46,667 nucleotides of DNA from a virus. Its lineage: Duplodnaviria > Caudoviricetes. Made by a program: the position numbers and the translations under genes. Where the stretch lies: positions 1-46,667 of IMG/VR virus record IMGVR_UViG_3300039916_000024, one strand, 5' to 3'. The notes beneath the pieces are model-generated. The model did not search any database and was not told the origin of the DNA. It saw only the letters and a list, made by a program, of their open reading frames with translations. This document shows, piece after piece, positions 26,521 to 35,575 of this stretch (within the stretch, counting starts at the first letter, position 1; the number at the start of each line of letters is the position of its first letter).

Positions 26521-28001
26521 TGGGCCGCCTTCGTGATGCCTGGGACGCGCTCCGTGGCTATGCCGCAGCCCAGGACAGCCGTGCCTCGAGTTGGGCGGCG
26601 TCCGGCAGCAGCGCCACGGCCGAGGTCGGCGCCGCTGCGCCCACCGTCGCACGCCGCGCCCGCGATGCCGTCCGCAACGACCCCTATGCCGCCCGCATCG
26701 TCGATCTCTGGACCGGCAACGCCGTCGGCGCCGGCATCACCACCCGCTGGCCGGACAAGCCCCACGCCGAGGCCTGGCGACGCTGGTCCGACAGCACCGC
26801 CTGCGACGCCGAGGGCCGGCTCGACCTCTATGGCCTGCAGGCCCTGGTCATGCGCGCCGTCGTCGAGAGCGGGGAATGCTTCGTCCGCCTGCTCCCCGCC
26901 GACATCACGCCGGCCAATCCGATCGGACTGCGGCTCCAGGTGCTGGAAAGCGACCATCTCGACACAGCGCGGCAGGGAGTCCTTGAGGGCGTCCCCACCC
27001 TGCAGGGCATCGGCCTCGGTGAGGCCGGTGAGCCGGTCGGCTATTGGCTGCATCGCGTGCACCCGGGTGCCTCCTGGGTTCTGCCGGGCGGCGCCACCTG
27101 GTTGAGCAGCCAGCGCGTTCCCGCCCGCGACGTGCTGCACATCTATCGCAAGCGCCGGCCCGGCCAGCTGCGGGACGTGTCCTGGCTGGCGCCGGTGCTG
27201 ACCCGGCTGCGCGATCTCGGCGACTACGAGGCCGCCCTGCTGATGAAGGCCAAGATTGAGGCATGCCTCGCGGCCGTGGTGTCGGAGGATGGTGACGAGA
27301 CCATGACTGGCCCTGCGTCGGGCCTGCTGCGCGACGCGCAGGGGCGCACCGTCGAGAGCTTCGAGCCAGGCATGATCCTGTATCGCCGCGGCATGGGATC
27401 CGTGGAGGTGGTGAATCCCTCCGGTGGTGGATCGCACGCGGCCTTCGCACGGCGCGCGCTGGAAGCTTCCGCCGTCGGTGCCGGCCTGACCTATGACCAG
27501 GTCGCCGGCGATCTGAGCCAGGCGAACTACTCCAGCCTGCGGGCCGGCAAGATCGAGTTCCGCCGCCTCTGCGAGCAGGTTCAGTACGGCATGCTCATTC
27601 CGATGTTGGTGCGGCCCATCGCGGATCGCTTCCACGCGCAGGGCGCGCTGCTCGGGCTGTGGGGCGCTGAGGTGCCGGATGGCCTGTCGCATGTCCCGCC
27701 CGCCCACGAGATGATCGACCCGCTGAAGGACACCACCGCGCTGATCGCGCAGGTCCGCGCCGGCTTCGTGCCGCAGCCCGAAGCCGTCGGCGCCTTCGGC
27801 TACGACTTCCGCCAGGTAGTCGAGATGATCCGCGAGGCCAATGCCCTGCTCGATGAGGCAGGGCTGTCGCTCGACAGCGATCCGCGCCGCGTCGCGAAGT
27901 CGGGCGCTGCCCAGGACGCAGCCCAGCTCGCCGCCATCGAGATCGCCGCCACCGGTGCTGCTTCGCCGCGCGCCGAGCCTGCCCCAGGAGCACAGCCATG
28001 A
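26520..28001 (+). CDS. Portal protein, lambda family
   Basis: RARDAVRNDPYA, RPGQLRDVSWLAP, GDLSQANYSSLRAG, IDPLKD. Confidence 0.95.
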   Translation: MGRLRDAWDALRGYAAAQDSRASSWAASGSSATAEVGAAAPTVARRARDAVRNDPYAARIVDLWTGNAVGAGITTRWPDKPHAEAWRRWSDSTACDAEGRLDLYGLQALVMRAVVESGECFVRLLPADITPANPIGLRLQVLESDHLDTARQGVLEGVPTLQGIGLGEAGEPVGYWLHRVHPGASWVLPGGATWLSSQRVPARDVLHIYRKRRPGQLRDVSWLAPVLTRLRDLGDYEAALLMKAKIEACLAAVVSEDGDETMTGPASGLLRDAQGRTVESFEPGMILYRRGMGSVEVVNPSGGGSHAAFARRALEASAVGAGLTYDQVAGDLSQANYSSLRAGKIEFRRLCEQVQYGMLIPMLVRPIADRFHAQGALLGLWGAEVPDGLSHVPPAHEMIDPLKDTTALIAQVRAGFVPQPEAVGAFGYDFRQVVEMIREANALLDEAGLSLDSDPRRVAKSGAAQDAAQLAAIEIAATGAASPRAEPAPGAQP

Positions 28002-29520
28002 TCGCAGGCGCCTACGACTGGACCGACGACATGCTCAAGATCAAGAGCATGCAGAAGAAGTTCCGCGACAGCTTCAACGGCACGGAGATCAGTCCAGCCC
28101 GTTGGGAGATCGCGGCCACCGGCGGCGGCATCACCCACACCGTGGCGGATGGCGCGGTGACCATCTCCACCGGTACCACGCTCGACGATGAGCTGACGCT
28201 CACCAGCCGCACCACCTTCACCATCCCGGTCCGGGTCATGGTGGCGGTGAACATGAGCCAGCGGATCGTCGGCCAATCCGTCTGGCTCGAGCTGGTCAGC
28301 ATCGATCCCACCACGGCGCAGCCGGACGGGCGCAGCGCCGCGGCCTGGCGGCTGGACGGGGCCAGCGCCACGCTCGCGAACTACGAGGTGCAGAGCGAGG
28401 GCGCCCCGCGCCTCGGCAGCGCCTCCGGCAGCACCATCCCGACCACTGCGCCCGCGGGCTGGTCGGTGCTGGAGCTCGAGCCGACCAACGACGAATGCTA
28501 CTTCCACGGCAGGCTGCTCGACACCACGGCGGCGCGCTCGAACTCCTATGTCCGCCACCAGCAGATCCCGGAGCCCAATGCGCTCTACCGCTTCCGGATC
28601 CGCGTGCGGAACCGCCAGTTCATCAGCGGCATCTCGGCGGTGGCGAACAACGGCGGTGGCGCTGTGCGCATCACGCGCGCGGCGCATGGCTTTGCGACAA
28701 ACGATGTGGTGACCGTCGCAGATGTCTCGGGCGTGCCGGGGGCGAATGGGACCTTCACGATCACGGTCATCGACGCCAACAGCTTCGATCTGGTCGGCTC
28801 GACCTTCACCGGCGCCTATCTGAACACCGGCTGGGCCTCGGTCTCGCGCAACCTCGCGCCGGTCTCGAACACGGACATCAAGGTCCAGTTCGTCACCATC
28901 GCCGACTATGCCGAGCTGACAACGGAAATCACCGCCGGCCGCGGGCAGTCGGTCGCGGGCCAGGGGCTGGGCGTGAACGTCCTCAGCACCATCCCGCCGG
29001 CCGTCACGCCGGTGGGCGGCCAGGCGCGCAACACCAGCGGCGCCGTGCCGATCCTGGCCGCCACCGGCTACTCGGCCAACCCGGTCGCTGTCACCACGGC
29101 GCGTGGCGTCGATCTGCTGGCGACGCTGATCGGCGCGCTGGTGACCAAGCCCTACGCCATCCCGGAGGCGGACTGGCAGTACGCCGCCGCCGCGGGCGGG
29201 ATCATCAACACCACCGACGTGGTGCTTCGGGCGGCCGCGGCGGCCGGCATCCGGAACTACGTCACCTCGATCGATATCCGCAACGCCCACGCGACGGTGG
29301 CGACGGAGGTGGTGATCAAGGACGGCGCCACGGTGATCTGGCGTCAGCTGCTGCCGGCGGCGATGGCGGCACCGGTGGAGATCACCTTTCCGACCCCGCT
29401 GCGCGGCACTGCCGCCACGGCGATGAACGTCGCCTGCATCACCACCGGCGCGCAGGTCTACGTCAACGCGCAGGGCTTTGTCGCGCCCTAATCGGCGCCG
29501 CGCCAGGAGCACATCCATGA
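27984..29520 (+). repeat. 18-bp direct repeats CCAGGAGCACA(G/T)CCATGA at 27984-28001 and 29503-29520
   Basis: 17/18 identical; each contains RBS plus ATGA; they bracket the 497-aa gene. Confidence 0.8.
27998..29491 (+). CDS. Beta-rich putative virion accessory protein (head fibre/decoration) with FCCH-like segment
   Basis: T/A/V/G-rich; internal ITRAAHGFATNDVVTVADVSG..ANGTFTITVIDANSFDL resembles E1-FCCH-like repeats of phage structural proteins. Confidence 0.75.
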   Translation: MIAGAYDWTDDMLKIKSMQKKFRDSFNGTEISPARWEIAATGGGITHTVADGAVTISTGTTLDDELTLTSRTTFTIPVRVMVAVNMSQRIVGQSVWLELVSIDPTTAQPDGRSAAAWRLDGASATLANYEVQSEGAPRLGSASGSTIPTTAPAGWSVLELEPTNDECYFHGRLLDTTAARSNSYVRHQQIPEPNALYRFRIRVRNRQFISGISAVANNGGGAVRITRAAHGFATNDVVTVADVSGVPGANGTFTITVIDANSFDLVGSTFTGAYLNTGWASVSRNLAPVSNTDIKVQFVTIADYAELTTEITAGRGQSVAGQGLGVNVLSTIPPAVTPVGGQARNTSGAVPILAATGYSANPVAVTTARGVDLLATLIGALVTKPYAIPEADWQYAAAAGGIINTTDVVLRAAAAAGIRNYVTSIDIRNAHATVATEVVIKDGATVIWRQLLPAAMAAPVEITFPTPLRGTAATAMNVACITTGAQVYVNAQGFVAP

Positions 29521-31598
29521 CCGAGCCGATCGAACCGGAGGGGCCCAGCCCCGCGCCGGATCGAATGCCCGACGCTGGGCAGTCGATCACCGCCTGCCGC
29601 GCGCTCGCCGCGCCCGTCACCGTTAATCGCGCCGCCCGCACCGTCGAGGTGGTGTGGAGCACCGGCGCCCGGGCCCGCAACTTCGTGCCGCCCTATGGGC
29701 CGATTCTCGAAGAGCTCGACATGGCACCCTCCGCGGTGCGCATGGATGCGCTGCGCTCCGGTCGCGCACCGGTGCTGGACACCCACCGGCGCGCCGGCAC
29801 GCGTGACGTTCTGGGCCGTGTCACCGCCGCGCGCCTCGAAGCCGGCCGCGGCTACGCCACCCTCCAGTTCAGCGGCGCGGACGACGTGGAGCCGGTCTGG
29901 CAGCGCGTGGCCGACGGCACGCTGCAGTCTGTCAGCGTCGGTTACCGGGTGCATCGCTACGACCCACGGCCCGACGCCAGCACCGGCCAGACCATCCACC
30001 GCGCCGTGGATTGGGAGCCCTACGAGATTTCGATCGTGCCCGTCCCGGTGGACGCGGCTGCCGTCGTGCGTGGCGAGGGAGACCAGGGCGCCCCCGTCAC
30101 CGCCATCGAACCCGCCCTGACCATCCCCGAGGAACCACCCATGCCCGAGACGACGCCGGCTTCGCCGGATCCCGTGCCGGCGCCGCCCGCGCCGCCCATC
30201 GCCCCGCCCCAGGAGATCACCGTGACCACCGCACCCGCCACCCCGCCCGAACCCACGCGCGCCGCGCCGCCGGCGCCCGACCTCGAGGCCATCCGCGCCG
30301 AGGCCGAACGCGCCGCCGTCGAGCGCATCGCCGGCTACGAGCCGGTGCTCGCCGCCGCCCGGGGCCTGGTGACCGCCGCCATGCTCGACACCATGCGCGA
30401 GGCCGCCATCCGCGACCGCGTCTCGCCCGAGGTGCTGCGCGGCCGGCTGTGGGAGGCCTTCACCAGCGGGGCCGCGCGTCCCTCCCTGCCAGCGCGTCCC
30501 GACACCGGCCCCTCCAACGAGGACCCGGCGCAGATCCTCGACGCCATGGCCGAGGCGCTCGCCGCCCGCACCATGCCCGGCTATCAGGCGCCGGCGACCG
30601 GCCGCCACACCGAGTTCCTGGGCTGGCGCCCCTCCGACATGATCGGCGAGCTTCTCCGCGCCCGCGGCGAGCGGAACGTCCCGCGCAACCCGACCATCCT
30701 GGCCGAGCGCGCCTTCCACACCACCTCCGACTTCCCCGCGCTGCTCTCAGCCGCGGCGAACAAGATGCTGCTGGCGGCCTACGCGCCGGCGGCACCGACC
30801 TACCGCACGCTGTTCCTCCGCCGCGACTTCCGCGACTTCAAGCCGCACCGGCACCTGCGCGTCGGTGACTTCCCGACGCTGCTGCCACTGTCGGAGAATG
30901 GCGAGGTCCAGGCCGGCACCATGTCCGAGAGCCAGGAGCTGGTCTTCCTGCAGACCTTCGCGCGGCGCATCCGCGTCACGCGGCAGATGCTGGTGAACGA
31001 CGATCTGGGCGCCTTCACCGACTTCGCCAGCATGATCGGCCGGCGCGTGGCCGACTTCGAGAACGCGACCGCCTACCAGCTGCTGAATGCAGCGAATGGC
31101 GATGGCCCCACGCTCATCACCGGCGCGGCCGCGGTGTTCGGGACGGCGGCCGCGCGGGCCAACAAGGCCGGTGCGGGCACCGCGCTCGACCTGCCAAACC
31201 TCGCACTCGGCCGTGCCGCAGTGATGCGCCAGAAGACCCTCGATGGACTGCCGATCGCCGTCGGCGCGCAGATGCGCCTGCTGGTTGGGCCCAACCAGGA
31301 GCTCGCCGCGCGGCAGCTCACGGTCTCGGTTCAGGCGACGCAGACCAGCAACGCCAATGTCTACGCCGGCTTCGTGCAGCCGCTGGTCGAGCCGCTGATC
31401 CCGAACAATCGCTGGTATCTCTTCTCGGATCCGCTGGCGGCCCCCGTCTACGTCTACGGCTACCTGAACGGCGCCGAGGGGCCGCAGGTCACCACCGGCA
31501 ATGTCCAGGGCGTGGATGGCGTCGAGGTCAGCGTGATCTTCGACTTCGGCGTCGGCGCCATCGACTGGCGCGGCGCCTGGTTCAATCCGGGCACCTGA
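29517..31598 (+). CDS. Prohead protease-major capsid fusion protein
   Basis: Protease PVLDTH, SVSVGY, WEPYEISIVPVPVD; Pro-rich linker; capsid HTTSDFPALL, TRQMLVNDDLGAF, DFGVGAIDWRG. Confidence 0.93.
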   Translation: MTEPIEPEGPSPAPDRMPDAGQSITACRALAAPVTVNRAARTVEVVWSTGARARNFVPPYGPILEELDMAPSAVRMDALRSGRAPVLDTHRRAGTRDVLGRVTAARLEAGRGYATLQFSGADDVEPVWQRVADGTLQSVSVGYRVHRYDPRPDASTGQTIHRAVDWEPYEISIVPVPVDAAAVVRGEGDQGAPVTAIEPALTIPEEPPMPETTPASPDPVPAPPAPPIAPPQEITVTTAPATPPEPTRAAPPAPDLEAIRAEAERAAVERIAGYEPVLAAARGLVTAAMLDTMREAAIRDRVSPEVLRGRLWEAFTSGAARPSLPARPDTGPSNEDPAQILDAMAEALAARTMPGYQAPATGRHTEFLGWRPSDMIGELLRARGERNVPRNPTILAERAFHTTSDFPALLSAAANKMLLAAYAPAAPTYRTLFLRRDFRDFKPHRHLRVGDFPTLLPLSENGEVQAGTMSESQELVFLQTFARRIRVTRQMLVNDDLGAFTDFASMIGRRVADFENATAYQLLNAANGDGPTLITGAAAVFGTAAARANKAGAGTALDLPNLALGRAAVMRQKTLDGLPIAVGAQMRLLVGPNQELAARQLTVSVQATQTSNANVYAGFVQPLVEPLIPNNRWYLFSDPLAAPVYVYGYLNGAEGPQVTTGNVQGVDGVEVSVIFDFGVGAIDWRGAWFNPGT

Positions 31599-31629
31599 TC
31601 CCGGCTCCTCCCTTCCATCGTGAACCCAT

Positions 31630-31665
31630 GCAGAGGGCGCCCCACCGGGCGCCTTCTGCGTTTCT
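31630..31665 (+). terminator. Stem-loop after capsid gene (terminator/attenuator)
   Basis: GCAGAGGGCGCCC-CACC-GGGCGCCTTCTGC followed by GTTTCT. Confidence 0.6.
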
Positions 31666-31680
31666 GGAGACCGCATCCCC

Positions 31681-32028
31681 ATGCGCAACTACGTGCAGCC
31701 CGGCGACAGCCTGGCCATCGCCGTCCCCTATGCGGGCGGTGTCACCTCCGGCCAGGGCGTCCTGGTCGGCGCGCTGTTCGGTGTGGCCGCCGTCGATGGC
31801 GTGCAGAACGCCGTCATCGAATGCCAGACCAAGGGCGTGTTCGACATCACCAAAGAACCGGCGCTGGCCATCACCGCCGGCGCGCGACTCTTCTGGGACA
31901 ATGCGAACCGCCGCCTGACCACCACCGCCACCGGCAATTTCCAGGTGGGCCTCGCCACGGTCGCAGCACTCGCCGCGGACACCACCGTCCGCGCCGTGCT
32001 GCTGCGTGTTCCGGCGTCCGGCGCATGA
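31681..32028 (+). CDS. DUF2190-family capsid cement/decoration protein
   Basis: MRNYVQPGDSL..GVLVGALFGVA..GVFDITK; follows the capsid gene. Confidence 0.88.
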   Translation: MRNYVQPGDSLAIAVPYAGGVTSGQGVLVGALFGVAAVDGVQNAVIECQTKGVFDITKEPALAITAGARLFWDNANRRLTTTATGNFQVGLATVAALAADTTVRAVLLRVPASGA

Positions 32029-32663
32029 GCATCGATCCCAAGGCCACGCGGGGCTATCGCAACCGCAACCCGGGCAACATCGAGCACGTCCCGGCCAACA
32101 AGTGGCAGGGCCTCGCTGAGCCCCCCTCCGATGGGCGCTTCTGCCGCTTCACCAGCCATGAGTTCGGTATCCGCGCGCTCGCCGCCCTGCTGGTCACCTA
32201 TCAGGACCGGTACAAGCTGCGCACGCCGCGCGCGATCATCGAGCGCTGGGCGCCAAAGGTGGAGAACGACACCGCGGCTTATGTCGCGGTGGTGGCGAGG
32301 CGGATCGGCGTTGGGCCGGACGAGGCGATCGACTTGCATCGGCACGATCACCTCCGCCCGCTGGTGGAGGCCATCATCCACCATGAATGCGCCGGGCTGG
32401 CCTATCAGGCCGGCGTGATCGATCGCGCGCTGACGCTCGCGGGTGTCCCTCCGGCGCCACCGGTGACCCTGCGTGAGGTGGCAGCGGCGACGGGCACCGG
32501 GCGTGGCGCGGTGCTGGTGGGTGCGGCTGGCATCGCTACCGCGGTGGCGCAGGCCGCGCCGGCGATCCAGGCGCTGGGCACGCTCGCGCCAGCCGTCGCC
32601 ATCGCGGTCATCATCGCCGCGGTGGTGGGGGTGCTCGCCTGGCGGCTGCGGCGGCCAGCGTGA
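32025..32663 (+). CDS. Lysozyme-like protein (endolysin or virion muralytic) with C-terminal hydrophobic helices
   Basis: RGYRNRNPGNI, FGIRAL, IIERWAP..ENDTAAY, IIHHE; hydrophobic C-terminus ending WRLRRPA. Confidence 0.78.
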   Translation: MSIDPKATRGYRNRNPGNIEHVPANKWQGLAEPPSDGRFCRFTSHEFGIRALAALLVTYQDRYKLRTPRAIIERWAPKVENDTAAYVAVVARRIGVGPDEAIDLHRHDHLRPLVEAIIHHECAGLAYQAGVIDRALTLAGVPPAPPVTLREVAAATGTGRGAVLVGAAGIATAVAQAAPAIQALGTLAPAVAIAVIIAAVVGVLAWRLRRPA

Positions 32664-32968
32664 GCGCTTTCGCCGCGGCCATGGACGCGCTGGCCGCGGA
32701 TCCGAACATCGGTGCGGATGCGAGCTATCGCGCGGGTGGGACGGGGGTTCCGGTCCTGCTCCGCGTGGTCCGCTCGGCACCGGACCGGCTCGGCGACGCC
32801 TTCGGCACCAGCGTGATCCAGGCCTCGGACGTCTTGACCGTCGCCATTGCCGTGCTGCCCGCCGTGGACGCGGACGACACCTTTACCCTCGGCGCCGACA
32901 CCCTGACCGTCCAGCACGCCGAGCGGGACGCCGCCGGCATCGCCTGGCGCGTCTTCTGCCGCCGATAG
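32660..32968 (+). CDS. Head-tail joining/closure protein
   Basis: MSAFAAAMDAL..DPNIG; size and position; GTGA coupling. Confidence 0.75.
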   Translation: MSAFAAAMDALAADPNIGADASYRAGGTGVPVLLRVVRSAPDRLGDAFGTSVIQASDVLTVAIAVLPAVDADDTFTLGADTLTVQHAERDAAGIAWRVFCRR

Positions 32969-32978
32969 GAGAACCGCC

Positions 32979-33278
32979 ATGATCGACCCCGAGCGCATCG
33001 GCGGCATCGTCGGCGAGGCATTGCTCGCTGGCGCCCTGGGCGCGCTCGGGGCGATGGCGCGCTTCTCCTCCACCGACCGACCGCTGCTGACCCGCGCCTA
33101 TCTGCTGCACGCGCTGGCGGGCGGCAGCCTCGGCACCGGCGCCTGGCTGATCGCGCATGCCTTCGAGCTCGACGGCTGGTGGCTGTTCGCCGTGGCGTGG
33201 CTGGCCGGCACGCTGGGCTATGCCGCGCTGCACGACCTGCTGCTGCGGATCCTCAGCCGCAAATTTGGCGGGCGCTGA
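32979..33278 (+). CDS. Small membrane protein, putative holin
   Basis: About three hydrophobic segments, basic C-terminus; GGAG RBS. Confidence 0.65.
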   Translation: MIDPERIGGIVGEALLAGALGALGAMARFSSTDRPLLTRAYLLHALAGGSLGTGAWLIAHAFELDGWWLFAVAWLAGTLGYAALHDLLLRILSRKFGGR

Positions 33279-33281
33279 TCC

Positions 33282-34007
33282 ATGCGCCTCGGCGCCGCCA
33301 TCGTCGGCGATCTGCGCAAGGTGCTGGCCGATGAGGTGCGCGCCGGCGAGCGCGCGGCCATGACCGCGATCCGCGCCGAGACCGAGCAGGTGAAGGCCGA
33401 GCTGCGACGGCAGGTCACCACCACCTTCTCTGGCAACGCGCGCGGCATCGCCAATGCCTGGCGGTCGATGATCTTCCCGCGGACGGGGCAGTCGCTGCGG
33501 CCCGCGGGGCTGGTGTTCACCAAGGTGCCGAACGTCATCGACGCCTTCGAGCGTGGGGCGCTGATCCGCGCCAAGGGCGGAGGCAAGTTCCTCGCGATCC
33601 CGACCGGCTTCAACGCGGCGCGTGGCCGCCGGGGACGCGGCGAGAAAGGCATGCGGGTCACGCCCGCGCAGATGATCGCATCCGGCCAGGCCTTCCTGCG
33701 GCCGTTCAAATCCGGCCGCGGCTTCGTGTGGTGCCTGCCACTGCGCCAGGGCGAGCAGACCGGGCGGCGGCGCAGGACCCGGCTGGTGGCCGGCGGCGTG
33801 ACCGAGGTCGGCACCGCCAACCGCAAGGGCCGCGAGGCTTGGGCGCGTGGGCTGCTGGAACAGGGGATGGTGCCGATGTTCCTGCTCCTGCCGCAGGTCA
33901 AGCTGGCCAAGAGGCTCGATGTGCGGGGTGCTGCCGAGCGTGGATTACGGAGGCTACCGGGGCGTTTCGTGGCGGCCTGGGAACGCGAGAGCGGGAGGTC
34001 AGTGTGA
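33282..34007 (+). CDS. Neck/tail-completion protein (DUF6441-like)
   Basis: Basic protein; FLAIPT, VPMFLLLPQVKLAKRLD; position. Confidence 0.75.
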   Translation: MRLGAAIVGDLRKVLADEVRAGERAAMTAIRAETEQVKAELRRQVTTTFSGNARGIANAWRSMIFPRTGQSLRPAGLVFTKVPNVIDAFERGALIRAKGGGKFLAIPTGFNAARGRRGRGEKGMRVTPAQMIASGQAFLRPFKSGRGFVWCLPLRQGEQTGRRRRTRLVAGGVTEVGTANRKGREAWARGLLEQGMVPMFLLLPQVKLAKRLDVRGAAERGLRRLPGRFVAAWERESGRSV

Positions 34008-34450
34008 GCGCACGCGAGGCCGCCATTGCCGCGCTGCAGAGCCGGCTGGTCACGTCGCTGGCGGTCAGGAACCCGGCGCCGATCGTGCTCCGCGGCGAGA
34101 CCGTCCCGCAGCGCATCCCGCCCGGTGGCCTGGTCGTGGTTCGCGACGGCGAGACGGTGGAGGAGACGCCCATCCTCTCGCCGCTTGCCTGGCAGATCGA
34201 GCATCGCGCTGAGGTCGAGATCACCGTCGCCGGCGCCACGCCCGCCGCGCGCAACACCCTGCTCGATGCGCTGCTGGTGGATATCGCAGCCGCCATCACC
34301 ACCAGCCGCACCCTCACCGGCGCCGTCGAATGGGCACAGCCCGGCAGCGCGTCCTTCGAGGATGTCGAGTTCGAGGGCGCTGCCGCGGCCCGCACCGCCG
34401 CCATCCCAGTCACCCTCTGGTTCACCGTCGCCGGCTCGCCGCTGGCCTGA
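34004..34450 (+). CDS. Tail terminator-like protein
   Basis: GTGA-coupled MSAREAAIAAL; directly before the tail tube gene. Confidence 0.75.
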   Translation: MSAREAAIAALQSRLVTSLAVRNPAPIVLRGETVPQRIPPGGLVVVRDGETVEETPILSPLAWQIEHRAEVEITVAGATPAARNTLLDALLVDIAAAITTSRTLTGAVEWAQPGSASFEDVEFEGAAAARTAAIPVTLWFTVAGSPLA

Positions 34451-34471
34451 TCCGCTTCCAGGAGAAAGCCC

Positions 34472-35425
34472 ATGCCCCGTGCCATCGGCGCGAATTGCCG
34501 CCTGCTGACCTTTCCCGAATCCACCTACGGCACCGCGCCAGGTGGCAACTGGCGGCGCATGCCGTTCCTGTCCTGCGATCTCGGCGCGGAGCAGCCGCTG
34601 CTGGATGCCGACGTCATCGGCGTCGGCAGCAACCGCGATCCGGCCGCGCCCTTCCTCGACACGGTGACGGTCGCGGGCCAGGCGGTGGTGCCGGTCGATC
34701 TCATCAACATCGGCCATTGGCTGCGGCTGCTGCTCGGCGCGCCGACCACCACCGGCACGACAAACTTCATCCACACCTTCGCTTCCGGCGTGGCCACGCT
34801 GCCGAGCAACGCGATGGAGATCGGCTATCCCGATGTGCCGTCCTTCGACGTCTGCACCGGCGTGCGTGCCGACACGCTGGAGATGGACTTCACGCCGACC
34901 GGCGCGGCGACGGCGACCTTCGGGCTGCTCGGTCAGGGATCGGTGCGGACCGGCGCGACGTCAGGCGGCACGCCGACCTCCGCCGCCTATACTGCCTTCA
35001 ACAAGGCCCAGGGATCGATCACGCGTAGCGGCTCGGCGCTGGCGCAGGTCACCGGCGCGCGGCTCACCTACGCCAACGGCATGGAGGCGGTGCGCACCAT
35101 CCGCGCCGACCGTCGCGTCGAGGGCGTGGATCCCGGCATCGCGCGCTGCACCGGTCAGATCACCGTGCGCTTCGAGAACACCACGCTACTCGCCCAGGCG
35201 CAGGCCGGCACCTCGGCGGAATTCGCCCTGGCCTTCACGATCGACGCCAACCGCAGCCTGACCATCACCCTGCACGAGGTCTATCTGGCGCTGGCCAAGA
35301 CCCCGATCGAGGGGCCGGCTGGGGTGGAGGCCAGCTTCGATTTCCGTGCCGCGTTCAACGCGACGGCGACGCGGATGATGACGGCGGTGCTGCGGAACCA
35401 GCAGGCGGGGACGGAGTACACATAG
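34472..35425 (+). CDS. Major tail tube protein
   Basis: ESTYGTAP, LGAEQPLL..GSNRDP, TPIEGPAGVEASFDFRAA; AGGAG RBS. Confidence 0.88.
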   Translation: MPRAIGANCRLLTFPESTYGTAPGGNWRRMPFLSCDLGAEQPLLDADVIGVGSNRDPAAPFLDTVTVAGQAVVPVDLINIGHWLRLLLGAPTTTGTTNFIHTFASGVATLPSNAMEIGYPDVPSFDVCTGVRADTLEMDFTPTGAATATFGLLGQGSVRTGATSGGTPTSAAYTAFNKAQGSITRSGSALAQVTGARLTYANGMEAVRTIRADRRVEGVDPGIARCTGQITVRFENTTLLAQAQAGTSAEFALAFTIDANRSLTITLHEVYLALAKTPIEGPAGVEASFDFRAAFNATATRMMTAVLRNQQAGTEYT

Positions 35426-35575
35426 TCACTTAGGGCGATGTCCACCCTGCGCTCGTCTCGGACCGGTCCGGAGCAAAGTGCATGGAAAGCAGCCATCAAG
35501 CGATCGCCCAAAGCATCGAAGAGTGGTTGCAGTTAGCCGCCGTGTGCAACACCATGTTGAAAACCGGGGTCGACG

